From the IMG/VR virus record IMGVR_UViG_3300028886_000031, positions 216,485 to 280,484 of that record: a DNA stretch of 64,000 bases. One strand, 5' to 3'. Below, piece after piece: positions 28,224-36,316 of the stretch. This DNA is from a virus (Duplodnaviria; Heunggongvirae; Uroviricota; Caudoviricetes). Under the pieces are notes generated by a model. That model ran no database searches and was not told the origin of the DNA. It was given only the letters and a program-made list of their open reading frames with translations. How positions within the stretch are numbered: position 1 is the first letter of the stretch; every line of letters starts with the position of its first letter. The translations under genes and the position numbers were made by a program.

Positions 28224-28469
28224 ATGATAGACGAGAAAACAATAGATAATTATTTATCTATATATAGAAATTTACGTCTCACGATGGAAATTTGTGGAAA
28301 TGAAACTATATCATTAGAACCATATAAATGCAGTTTTATTGTCACAATATATAAAAATGATATAGCAATTAACCAGTCCATTTTCACGGACTGGAAAGAA
28401 GCGTATCAAGATTTTGAGAAATTAATTGAAACTGAGATGGTTGACTTTATTCGTAGCAAAAAATACTAG
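28224..28469 (+). CDS. hypothetical protein (81 aa)
   Basis: ORF track. RBS aaaggagaaacATG. Confidence 0.5.
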   Translation: MIDEKTIDNYLSIYRNLRLTMEICGNETISLEPYKCSFIVTIYKNDIAINQSIFTDWKEAYQDFEKLIETEMVDFIRSKKY

Positions 28470-28574
28470 TCGATTTTAAAAACTCATCTAATTCTATATA
28501 TATTAAAAAATGTAGAGTGTTGTAATTTACAGATAAACATTCTACTTTTTGTTTTCTAATCAAACGGAGAAATT

Positions 28575-29201
28575 ATGAGTAAGTTCTTCATTACGAGTGA
28601 TGATCACTTCTACCATAAAAATATAATCAAATATTGTAACAGACCATGGAATCATGGTTTTGATAAAGATGGAAATATGATTATAACAGATGAAGATGTT
28701 CAAAACATGAACAATGAATTAATAGAGAACTGGAATTCTGTTGTAAATAAAGATGATATTGTTTTTAACCTTGGAGACTTTTGTTTCCTTGGCAAGAAAA
28801 CAAGTCCTAAATATTATTCTGAATACTCAAAGATATTCAATTGTTTAAATGGAGTAAAATATCTACTTATTGGAAATCACGATATTCCAGATGTACATGT
28901 TCATTATAAAATTGGATGGAAAGCAGTTTATGACAGACCAATTCTATGGTCAGGGAATATTATATTCTCACATAGACCTTTATGTACAAAATTAAAATGT
29001 GATGTTTCAAAACTTCCATTTATAAACATTTTTGGTCATATACATAACAACGGTTGTGATTTTGTTAATGGTGAATCTGTGGTAATTCCTTCCATTACAA
29101 AAAATACATTTTGTGCCTGTGTAGAATTAACGAACTATAAGCCGATTTTATTAAGTGAAATAGAAGATCGTATAAAAGAAAAGAGTCTGGAGAATGAATA
29201 G
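28575..29201 (+). CDS. calcineurin-like metallophosphoesterase (paralog 2)
   Basis: Motifs SDDHFYH, LGDFCF, IGNHD and GHIHNN. Confidence 0.6.
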   Translation: MSKFFITSDDHFYHKNIIKYCNRPWNHGFDKDGNMIITDEDVQNMNNELIENWNSVVNKDDIVFNLGDFCFLGKKTSPKYYSEYSKIFNCLNGVKYLLIGNHDIPDVHVHYKIGWKAVYDRPILWSGNIIFSHRPLCTKLKCDVSKLPFINIFGHIHNNGCDFVNGESVVIPSITKNTFCACVELTNYKPILLSEIEDRIKEKSLENE

Positions 29202-30018
29202 ATTCTTTACTGCAGATTGGCATCTATTCTCTGAGTCCGTTCGAAAACTTGGAGATAGACCTTATGCTGATATTTTTGCCATGAACAAGGCATTGATTAG
29301 AAATGCTAATCAAAGAACTCATTGTACATATAAAGAGGTATCTATTAAAGATGTTAATGGCAACAATGTTGCTATAAAAGTCCCGATTAAAGAAGATGTA
29401 ATATATCATTTAGGTGATTTCTATAAATATGATTCCCAATTCAAAGTAAAACCGGATGAGATTCTATCACATATAAACTCTAAAGTAATTCTCTTGGAAG
29501 GAAACCATGATAAGAACAATAGAGTAAAGATATTGGCAAATGCACTCACGATGGATATAGGTCCGTTTAAAAACGTTACATTATCACATTATCCATCTTA
29601 CTATGAAGAATCTAAGTTTCTTAATATTCCAAATCATTCTATACATATTTGTGGTCATGTCCACAAACTTTATAAATGGGCATACGATAAGTATAGGGAC
29701 GTTCTTAATATAAATGTTGGTGTAGATGTATGGAATTATAGAATAGTGTCAGAGCGGGAACTTATTACATATATCACATTTATACTTCAAAGATTAGATA
29801 ATAGTTTTATAACAGAGAATATAAATACAACATGTCATAAAGATTTTGTGCTAACAAACAACACTATAGAGCCAAAAAATCTGGAAAAGGAGAAAGATAA
29901 TGGCAAAAGAAAAGCAAGAAAATTCAAACTCGGAATCCAAGATAAACAACAAGAAATGTTGTCGCTGTATTTACAGGCACGAGAAAAAGTGCTCAAACAA
30001 GAAGTCACCGAACTTTGA
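29194..30018 (+). CDS. calcineurin-like metallophosphoesterase (paralog 3)
   Basis: Motifs TADWHLF, HLGDFYKYD, EGNHDKNN and GHVHK. It overlaps the upstream paralog by 8 nt. Confidence 0.6.
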   Translation: MNRFFTADWHLFSESVRKLGDRPYADIFAMNKALIRNANQRTHCTYKEVSIKDVNGNNVAIKVPIKEDVIYHLGDFYKYDSQFKVKPDEILSHINSKVILLEGNHDKNNRVKILANALTMDIGPFKNVTLSHYPSYYEESKFLNIPNHSIHICGHVHKLYKWAYDKYRDVLNINVGVDVWNYRIVSERELITYITFILQRLDNSFITENINTTCHKDFVLTNNTIEPKNLEKEKDNGKRKARKFKLGIQDKQQEMLSLYLQAREKVLKQEVTEL

Positions 30019-30084
30019 TAAGTTTGTTGCTAGAAAAAAGACATGTAATTGTTTTAAATATGATGAATAAAATATACAACAGAA

Positions 30085-30162
30085 GTGGATGTATATCAGC
30101 TGGCTAAGATAGTCGCTCTGATAAAGCGAAGGTCGATGGTTCGAATCCATCCATCCACACCA
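30085..30162 (+). tRNA. tRNA-Ile (anticodon GAU), CCA encoded
   Basis: Acceptor GTGGATG/CATCCAC. D-arm TATC-AGCTGGCTAA-GATA. Anticodon arm TCGCT-CTGATAA-AGCGA. T-arm GATGG-TTCGAAT-CCATC. Confidence 0.8.
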
Positions 30163-30312
30163 GAAAACAATTTTACACAATCGCTTAGAGATTTACAATA
30201 GAGTTTGGATCGTAGAATCTTCTTACACAAGAAGCATTTCACATCCAGAGATAGGATTCTCTCTACCTATACACTCTAAAGCGATTGTGTATTTTTCCAC
30301 GAAAGGAAACTT

Positions 30313-30432
30313 ATGGAAAAACGTAATGTAATGCCATGGCAGAAACAAAATGTACGCATAACATGTGGTTGTAATACAATCTTACTTTTTATAATTGTTA
30401 TCTTGTTAATAGTACTCATCAACAAACGCTAA
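30313..30432 (+). CDS. small TM peptide (39 aa, MEKRNVMPWQKQNVRITCGCNTILLFIIVILLIVLINKR)
   Basis: RBS gaaaggaaacttATG. The C-terminal half is hydrophobic. Confidence 0.35.
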   Translation: MEKRNVMPWQKQNVRITCGCNTILLFIIVILLIVLINKR

Positions 30433-30446
30433 CGAAAGGAACAGCA

Positions 30447-30662
30447 ATGGATAGTCGTGCAGCAACAGATTTTAAAATTAAATATGATTATCGTTTTGCA
30501 CCAAAAAGCAAAAACACATGTGATAAATGTAAGAGACATTATAAAGGTGTTGAGAGAATGATATGCAATGGCAGAACAGAATCAGAATGTTCTAGTACAG
30601 AATACCCTGTTACATTTACAACATACGAAAACCATACATGTAAGAGATTTAAAAGGCAGTAA
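30447..30662 (+). CDS. small Cys-rich protein (71 aa)
   Basis: CDKCKRHYKG...CNGRTESEC...HTCKRFK pattern. Confidence 0.45.
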   Translation: MDSRAATDFKIKYDYRFAPKSKNTCDKCKRHYKGVERMICNGRTESECSSTEYPVTFTTYENHTCKRFKRQ

Positions 30663-31309
30663 TGTTCAGGATACTTGGAAAAATCCCAAATAATTTCTAC
30701 TTAGCATGTTCCGGTGGAACGGACTCAATGGTGTTTTTGGATTTTCTCATGAAATATCCAAAAAATAAAATTACAATTTTACATTTTGATCATGGAACAC
30801 AATATTGTAAGGAAGCACATGAGTTCGTATATCGTTTCTGCATCGAACATAGATTATCTTTTGTAATACAATCTATATTACCTCAAGATAAAAAAGAGAA
30901 GAATGAATCATGGGAAGTTTACTGGAGAAGATGTAGATATAAATTCTTATCAGAATTTAAAGATAAACCGATCGTAATGTGTCATCAATTAAATGACTGC
31001 ATTGAAACTTGGATAATGACGTCTATGTCAGGTCATCCAAGACTGATACCTTATTATAATAGTAAATATAACATTATCAGACCGTTTCTGTGTGTTTCTA
31101 AATCACAGGTGGATGAATGGAGAAAACGACATAATGTGAAATGTGTGATTGATGGATCTAACTATGATCTCAGAGCAAAAAGAAATTATGTTCGACATGT
31201 CATGATGAAGAACATATATGAACTCAATCCTGGAATAGAGAAAACTATAAAAAGACTCATCACAAAACAATATAGTTTAGCTTTGGAGAATGAGTATGAC
31301 AATTCTTAA
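30662..31309 (+). CDS. PP-loop ATPase, tRNA(Ile)-lysidine synthetase (TilS) N-terminal-domain-like
   Basis: The SGGTDS PP-loop, HFDHG and CHQLNDCIETWIMTSMSGHP...IIRPFL parallel the TilS motifs SGGxDS, VDHGLR and HHxDDQAET...RPLL. It has no C-terminal Zn motif, so it is unlike QueC. Confidence 0.5.
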   Translation: MFRILGKIPNNFYLACSGGTDSMVFLDFLMKYPKNKITILHFDHGTQYCKEAHEFVYRFCIEHRLSFVIQSILPQDKKEKNESWEVYWRRCRYKFLSEFKDKPIVMCHQLNDCIETWIMTSMSGHPRLIPYYNSKYNIIRPFLCVSKSQVDEWRKRHNVKCVIDGSNYDLRAKRNYVRHVMMKNIYELNPGIEKTIKRLITKQYSLALENEYDNS

Positions 31310-31445
31310 CATAGTTCTATTTCTAATTATTATAGGAATAATTCTTTACTCGAATAGATCTTTTCTAACATGGTTGGATGATATTGTTGTTAAAATTCAC
31401 AAGTTTCTAGAAGAAAGGATTTCTAAATGCAACAAAAGACCATAA
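31296..31445 (+). CDS. small TM peptide (49 aa, MTILNIVLFLIIIGIILYSN...)
   Basis: It overlaps the end of the upstream gene and the start of the next one. It is not in the track. Confidence 0.3.
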   Translation: MTILNIVLFLIIIGIILYSNRSFLTWLDDIVVKIHKFLEERISKCNKRP

Positions 31446-31609
31446 CAAAAGAACAATTTATGGCGTATAGAAAAGTACAATCTAGTGGAAAATATAACAT
31501 GTTGACGGAATCTGTAAAAGCAGCACAAGCTGCTGGATTACCGCATGATGTATATATGGATATTATATGGAATTATACAGCTTTATATAACAAGTATGTA
31601 AGATACTAA
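31427..31609 (+). CDS. hypothetical protein (60 aa)
   Basis: ORF track. Confidence 0.4.
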   Translation: MQQKTITKEQFMAYRKVQSSGKYNMLTESVKAAQAAGLPHDVYMDIIWNYTALYNKYVRY

Positions 31610-31628
31610 AAACGAAAGGAAACAAACA

Positions 31629-32402
31629 ATGAAAACAATCAAAATTCTTGCAATAATATTATCAACATGTATCATAACTGGATGTTCTCAAGTAGATCTT
31701 GGTGAAGTTGGTATTAAAACAGAATTTGGTAAAATTAAAGAAGGTCCTCTTAAAGAAGGTCTATATTGGTATACATGGTTTGGACAGAATATAGAGACAT
31801 ACAATATTAAGAATCAAACATTTGATACTACAGAAATAGTTTTCTCTAAAGATGCTCAGGAAGCAACAATGATGATATCATTGTTGTATAACTTGGATAG
31901 TTCTAAAATAGTTGATCTACACAAAAACACAGGTATTAAATATTCCGATATTCTAATTAAGCCAAACTTTTCTGATACATTAAAGAATGTTTCTGGAAAG
32001 TGGGAAGCAATGGATATGATTGGAAACAGACAAAGACTTTCTGTTGAAGTCTATACAAATATGGTTGCTTTATTAAAGCCTTATGGTATCAATGTACAGA
32101 AAGTCAATATTACAAATATAGACTTTAAAGATGCGTTTGAAGCTGCTGTAGAAGAAAAACAAGTTGCACTTCAAAAAGCACTTAAAGCAAAGAATGATAC
32201 TGTTCGTATTAAAGAGGAAGCTGAACAGAAATTGTTAACAGCTGAAGCTGAAGCCAAAGCAATGTCTGTTCGTGCCAAGGCTCTTGAACAAAATAAGAGT
32301 TTGGTAGAATACGAAGCTGTTATGAAATGGAATGGAGTTCTGCCTCATTACATGATGGGACAATCTGTTCCATTTATTAACATAGGGAGTATTCAGAAAT
32401 GA
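31629..32402 (+). CDS. SPFH/band-7 (prohibitin-like) domain lipoprotein
   Basis: The signal peptide plus lipobox ITGC at the N-terminus. The C-terminal coiled Ala/Glu-rich segment EEAEQKLLTAEAEAKAMSVRAKALEQN is typical of the SPFH family. Confidence 0.55.
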   Translation: MKTIKILAIILSTCIITGCSQVDLGEVGIKTEFGKIKEGPLKEGLYWYTWFGQNIETYNIKNQTFDTTEIVFSKDAQEATMMISLLYNLDSSKIVDLHKNTGIKYSDILIKPNFSDTLKNVSGKWEAMDMIGNRQRLSVEVYTNMVALLKPYGINVQKVNITNIDFKDAFEAAVEEKQVALQKALKAKNDTVRIKEEAEQKLLTAEAEAKAMSVRAKALEQNKSLVEYEAVMKWNGVLPHYMMGQSVPFINIGSIQK

Positions 32403-32524
32403 TAGGAGTTGCTTGGTTTGTGGCGGTTGTTGTTCTTGGGATTGCTATCTGGCGCTGGCATGTTTCCGATAAGAGATATGAAGAAGAATTTAAGATAAGA
32501 CACGGGAAAAAAGACAGCGAATAA
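32399..32524 (+). CDS. small TM peptide (41 aa, MIGVAWFVAVVVLGIAIWRWHVSDKRYEEEFKIRHGKKDSE)
   Basis: ATGA overlap with the SPFH gene stop. Its local GC is higher than the surroundings. Confidence 0.4.
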   Translation: MIGVAWFVAVVVLGIAIWRWHVSDKRYEEEFKIRHGKKDSE

Positions 32525-32621
32525 AAATTCGTTTTGGGGAACTGGATACATAAATTCCAGTTCCTCAAAACATTTAGAATAATATTAAGTATGATATAAT
32601 AAATCATATAAGATTTTCCAT

Positions 32622-32795
32622 ATGAAGACATATCTCAAAAAGGTTAGAAATTTTTTCCAAGTCTGTCAAGAACAAGAAAATGGAAAAAATAGAGTAATTT
32701 GTACTGTATATAGGGAATCTGATGCCATAGCAATTGCTAAGATGTTTGAATTGCAAAATTTTGTACAGAATAATTATTGTTGTAAATCAACTTAA
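32622..32795 (+). CDS. hypothetical small protein (57 aa)
   Basis: Open frame in an otherwise empty 300-nt stretch before tRNA-Lys. RBS is weak. Confidence 0.3.
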   Translation: MKTYLKKVRNFFQVCQEQENGKNRVICTVYRESDAIAIAKMFELQNFVQNNYCCKST

Positions 32796-32836
32796 AAAGT
32801 TATATGTAAAGTATATATATTAATTTCTGTACTAAT

Positions 32837-32915
32837 GGGAGTGTAGCTCAGTTGGTAGTTTAGCACGATCCTTTTAAGATCGGGGTCGCGGGTTCGATCC
32901 CCGCCACTCCCACCA
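32837..32915 (+). tRNA. tRNA-Lys (anticodon UUU), CCA encoded
   Basis: Acceptor GGGAGTG/CACTCCC. Anticodon arm CGATC-CTTTTAA-GATCG. T-arm GCGGG-TTCGATC-CCCGC. Confidence 0.8.
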
Positions 32916-32927
32916 TTAGTTCTTTAC

Positions 32928-33103
32928 CGCGGTGCTAGTGTAATTGGAAGCACGCTTCATATTCATTCTGTCTGAATCTGCAGATAACGGACAGTTTGGA
33001 AACACGAAGAGGAATGGGAGAGACGATAAGGATGTTCGAAAGAACGCCAGTCTCCAGCGCTTATGTACAAGGCGTTGAGGTTCGAATCCACCCACCGCGA
33101 CCA
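32928..33103 (+). ncRNA. tRNA-like RNA 1 (176 nt) with about 100-nt insertion between D-arm and T-arm, CCA encoded
   Basis: 5' CGCGGTG pairs with 3' CACCGCG, followed by A and CCA. It has a D-arm AGTG-TAATTGGAA-GCAC and a TTCGAAT T-loop. The T-stem is imperfect. Confidence 0.35.
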
Positions 33104-33115
33104 TTGTTCTTTTTA

Positions 33116-33270
33116 CGGGAGACTGGTGTAATGGTAGCACGTCAGGAAGGTACACCCTGAAGGAGTCCGATTGTCGAATTACCCAAACGGATATTCGATA
33201 ATAACAGTTCGTCCGGAAGTTCTGTTATACGGAAGTACTAATCGAGGTTCGAATCCTCATCTCCTGACCA
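33116..33270 (+). ncRNA. tRNA-like RNA 2 (155 nt) with about 80-nt insertion after the anticodon arm, CCA encoded
   Basis: Acceptor CGGGAGA/TCTCCTG (one G-U pair), then A and CCA. D-arm GGTG-TAATGGTA-GCAC. There is a stem TCAGG/CCTGA with a 9-nt loop. The insert has internal hairpins (TCGAAT/ATTCGA, AACAG/CTGTT). T-arm GAGG-TTCGAAT-CCTC. Confidence 0.4.
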
Positions 33271-33273
33271 TAT

Positions 33274-33388
33274 TGCGAGGTAGTGTAACGGTAGCACATC
33301 TCTTAAGGTCATAACCTGCTGCTGGTTGGCAGTGATATATGACACGACATAGAGATAGAGACAGTTCAATTCTGTGCCCTCGCAACCA
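33274..33388 (+). ncRNA. tRNA-like RNA 3 (115 nt) with about 45-nt insertion in the anticodon region, CCA encoded
   Basis: Acceptor TGCGAGG/CCTCGCA, then A and CCA. D-arm GTGT-AACGGTA-GCAC, near-identical to RNA 2. TCTCT pairs with AGAGA across the insert. T-loop TTCAATT. Confidence 0.4.
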
Positions 33389-33435
33389 CAAAAAGTCTAT
33401 GACTTTTTTTTCAAAGTTTTTAGAAAGGAGTAATT

Positions 33436-33747
33436 ATGAATTCAGATATTTCCATAGAAATGACTCATATTTTTAAACCTAGATATCCAAAACTTTCTGG
33501 GAAGAATGAACATCTTGTTTTTAATGCAGATTGTGATGATAAACCTTTCACAATATTTCCAGAAATGCCAGGTTATAAAACTTTATCTAAATTAATATTT
33601 TTAACTGCCACAAATGTAGAATGTAAAATTAGATGGAAACCAATTAATAAAAAATTCAATAGATGTGAAGGATTGGAATTCGATATTGATTTAGAAAGAA
33701 AAATAGATTCTAAATATAACTCGGTAAAAGGTACTAGACCAAAATGA
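33436..33747 (+). CDS. hypothetical protein (103 aa)
   Basis: ORF track. RBS agaaaggagtaattATG. Confidence 0.5.
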   Translation: MNSDISIEMTHIFKPRYPKLSGKNEHLVFNADCDDKPFTIFPEMPGYKTLSKLIFLTATNVECKIRWKPINKKFNRCEGLEFDIDLERKIDSKYNSVKGTRPK

Positions 33748-34355
33748 GCATTGGTTCATCTGATACAAGAAAATTTGGAAAATGGTTTCAAATTAGATGG
33801 GCTGAAAAACTTGGAGATCCAGAGAATCCATATTTAATAAGATGGACGTTAATTTTATTTGGATACTCTATTAGATTACATCATTGGTTGAGGTCAGATG
33901 ATAGAAGATATTTTCATGATCATAGTTCAAATCTTTTAAGCATTGTATTAAAAGGATGGTACATTAACGTAACTCCAAAAGACCCATCAAAAGTACCAGA
34001 CTATAAATATTCGGATAGAAAATATTGGCATACTTTTAGATCTTTAACTGGTGATTTGTATACATCTTTTTATCTTGACGATGATAATAGGGAATTACAT
34101 TTTGTAGAAGGTATATTTAATTCCTTCAAGAATTTTCTTAACATGTTTAAATACTCTATCTGGTATTCTAAAGCCACAGATAGACATTATCTATCTATTC
34201 CAAAAAGTGGAGCATGGACTCTATTGTTTGAGGGTAGAAAATATCATAAATGGGGTTTTTATGTTCCAAAAAATAAACAATCAGAAGTTAGAAAATTAAG
34301 ACCTCTAAGATATTTTCATAAATTCGGAATAATCCAGACAAAAGATTATCAATGA
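33744..34355 (+). CDS. hypothetical protein (203 aa)
   Basis: ORF track. ATGA overlap with the neighbouring gene. Confidence 0.5.
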   Translation: MSIGSSDTRKFGKWFQIRWAEKLGDPENPYLIRWTLILFGYSIRLHHWLRSDDRRYFHDHSSNLLSIVLKGWYINVTPKDPSKVPDYKYSDRKYWHTFRSLTGDLYTSFYLDDDNRELHFVEGIFNSFKNFLNMFKYSIWYSKATDRHYLSIPKSGAWTLLFEGRKYHKWGFYVPKNKQSEVRKLRPLRYFHKFGIIQTKDYQ

Positions 34356-34828
34356 AAGTTTTATTTTTGGATATAGATGGAGTCATTAATAGATTTAAGT
34401 ATTATGATGATGGAAAACTCGACAATGAGTTAGATGAAGATTGTATTAAAAGATTAAGCAACATTATAGAATCTACAAATTGTAAGATTGTTATAAGTTC
34501 TACATGGAAGGCTTCTCCTCATCTAATGGATATTCTAGAAGACGATTTATTTCCACACTTACCCGCTGGCTGTGTCGCTGGATGTACAAAGACACATATT
34601 CCACAAGTGCAACGAGAGACGGAAATTAGGGAGTATTTAGCCGAGCATAAAGACGAGATAGAGAATTATGTTATAGTGGATGATTATGATTTTGAATTAA
34701 AATCCTTCTTAAATGGCGGTCATTGTGTTATCACAGACGCGTTAGATGGACTAACAAAAGAGGATATGGATGAATGTATCAAAATTCTAAACAAAGAAAG
34801 GAATCAAAATGACAGAAGTAAAAAGTGA
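34352..34828 (+). CDS. HAD-superfamily phosphatase (T4 Pnkp phosphatase-domain-like)
   Basis: HAD motif I FLDIDGV at residues 5-11, motif II VISSTW and motif IV YVIVDDYD. It is a stand-alone 158-aa protein. Confidence 0.6.
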   Translation: MKVLFLDIDGVINRFKYYDDGKLDNELDEDCIKRLSNIIESTNCKIVISSTWKASPHLMDILEDDLFPHLPAGCVAGCTKTHIPQVQRETEIREYLAEHKDEIENYVIVDDYDFELKSFLNGGHCVITDALDGLTKEDMDECIKILNKERNQNDRSKK

Positions 34829-35264
34829 ATTATATAACAAGATCTATGAAGATCTTAAAAATTCGATGAAAGAAAAGAATATTCAAAAAAGAGATGTTCT
34901 TAAAATAATTATCTCCGGAGTTAAAAATGAAACAATTAACAACGGGAAAGATATCACAGATGACGCATGTAAATCCGTTCTAAGAAAACTTGTAAAACAA
35001 CATGAAGATTCTATACAGCAGTTCACAGATGCAAATAGAATGGATCTTGTTTCAAAGGAAGCCTTGGAACTTACATATTTGAGGTTTTACCTTCCCAAGA
35101 TGATGTCTGACGAAGAAATGAAATCAGAAATTAATAATATTATTAAGGTAAACAATATACCTTTAGCTAGGCAAAATATGGGTCAGATCATGAAAATTGT
35201 CAAGCAGTATGATAATATAGATATGAAAAAGGCTTCAGAGTATATTAAGTCAATCATGAACTGA
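34809..35264 (+). CDS. GatB/YqeY-domain protein (tRNA-binding helical domain)
   Basis: LKNSMKEKNIQKRDVLKIIISGVKN...LRKLVKQHEDSIQQF...DLVSKEALELTYLRFYLPKMMSDEEM follows the YqeY/GatB C-terminal-domain pattern (K..D..RL..LR.L...IKN...YLP..LSEEE). Confidence 0.5.
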   Translation: MTEVKSELYNKIYEDLKNSMKEKNIQKRDVLKIIISGVKNETINNGKDITDDACKSVLRKLVKQHEDSIQQFTDANRMDLVSKEALELTYLRFYLPKMMSDEEMKSEINNIIKVNNIPLARQNMGQIMKIVKQYDNIDMKKASEYIKSIMN

Positions 35265-35276
35265 AAGAATGTAGTT

Positions 35277-36293
35277 ATGGCTAAGTACACAGACAATCCA
35301 TCTATACACATAGATGAATTTGGACATCCGCATCTAAATATATTCTTGCACTTCTTTTACGAAAAAGATCTACCAAAATATATCCCTGTTCCAAAGGATC
35401 CGGCTGTCGCGGATGAAAAATCCATGGCTGAGGCAGGTTTTGATTCTGAGATAACCTCAGCTATGAGTCCTTCTAGAATTACAAGTTCTGAATGGGGTTA
35501 TAGAAATGCTTTATTGCGAGAAATACAGGAAGAAAACAATAGAAAAAAGAAAAATGTATTTTCTAGGTTGTTCCACAAAATTAAAAGCAAATTTCATAGA
35601 GGTATTCCTGTAGAAGAGATTTTTAGTCAAGCTAAAGATAAACTTAGACTTCCAGTAACGAAAGATCTAGAACAAGCTAGAAAGAGTGCTGAAGCTTTAG
35701 AGAAGTTTTTAGCGTCTAGCGGACAGAAAAAACAAGCTGAGAAAGTTAGACAATATTGTGATATACTTGCTGGTGAGATTATACTTCTCAAGAATGGTAT
35801 AGATAAATATCTTTTAGAAGAAGATATAATTGATTTTATGCTTAAATCCGAAAAAGGTGTTTTTATAGACTTCCTTCGGAATTTCAGCAACATACTTCCG
35901 TTAGATGTAGCCAAGAAGAAGATTGATATAGATAAACTTCTTGTATTTGATAATTATTGCGTAATGTATTACGATCCATCAATAGATCCATTTAGAGAAT
36001 TAAAGGATGAAGAAACAAGACGTAAAACAACCGCTGATCCGATTCTGTTCGGAATGATATTGGGTAGTAATAAACTGTATTACATTACAGATTGGATATA
36101 TAAGGATGACGATCTTACAATGGAAAAGGTAGAGGAAGTAATGGGACGTAAGTCTAGAGCATTACAGAATGCTGAGATCGCTGACACAACATATAACCTA
36201 CATCAGTATATTACAGAAATGTCTGACCAAATAATACTTTCTATAAATTCTAAACCAGCATCATCGGATATAAGTACACAAAAATCAGAATAG
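35277..36293 (+). CDS. hypothetical protein (338 aa)
   Basis: ORF track. Confidence 0.5.
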   Translation: MAKYTDNPSIHIDEFGHPHLNIFLHFFYEKDLPKYIPVPKDPAVADEKSMAEAGFDSEITSAMSPSRITSSEWGYRNALLREIQEENNRKKKNVFSRLFHKIKSKFHRGIPVEEIFSQAKDKLRLPVTKDLEQARKSAEALEKFLASSGQKKQAEKVRQYCDILAGEIILLKNGIDKYLLEEDIIDFMLKSEKGVFIDFLRNFSNILPLDVAKKKIDIDKLLVFDNYCVMYYDPSIDPFRELKDEETRRKTTADPILFGMILGSNKLYYITDWIYKDDDLTMEKVEEVMGRKSRALQNAEIADTTYNLHQYITEMSDQIILSINSKPASSDISTQKSE

Positions 36294-36316
36294 CATCTCT
36301 TTCCAAAAAACCATGT

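Noticed and set aside
29971-30180. 69-aa minus-strand ORF
   Set aside because: It overlaps tRNA-Ile.
32916-33155. 79-aa minus-strand ORF
   Set aside because: It lies across the tandem tRNA-like genes.
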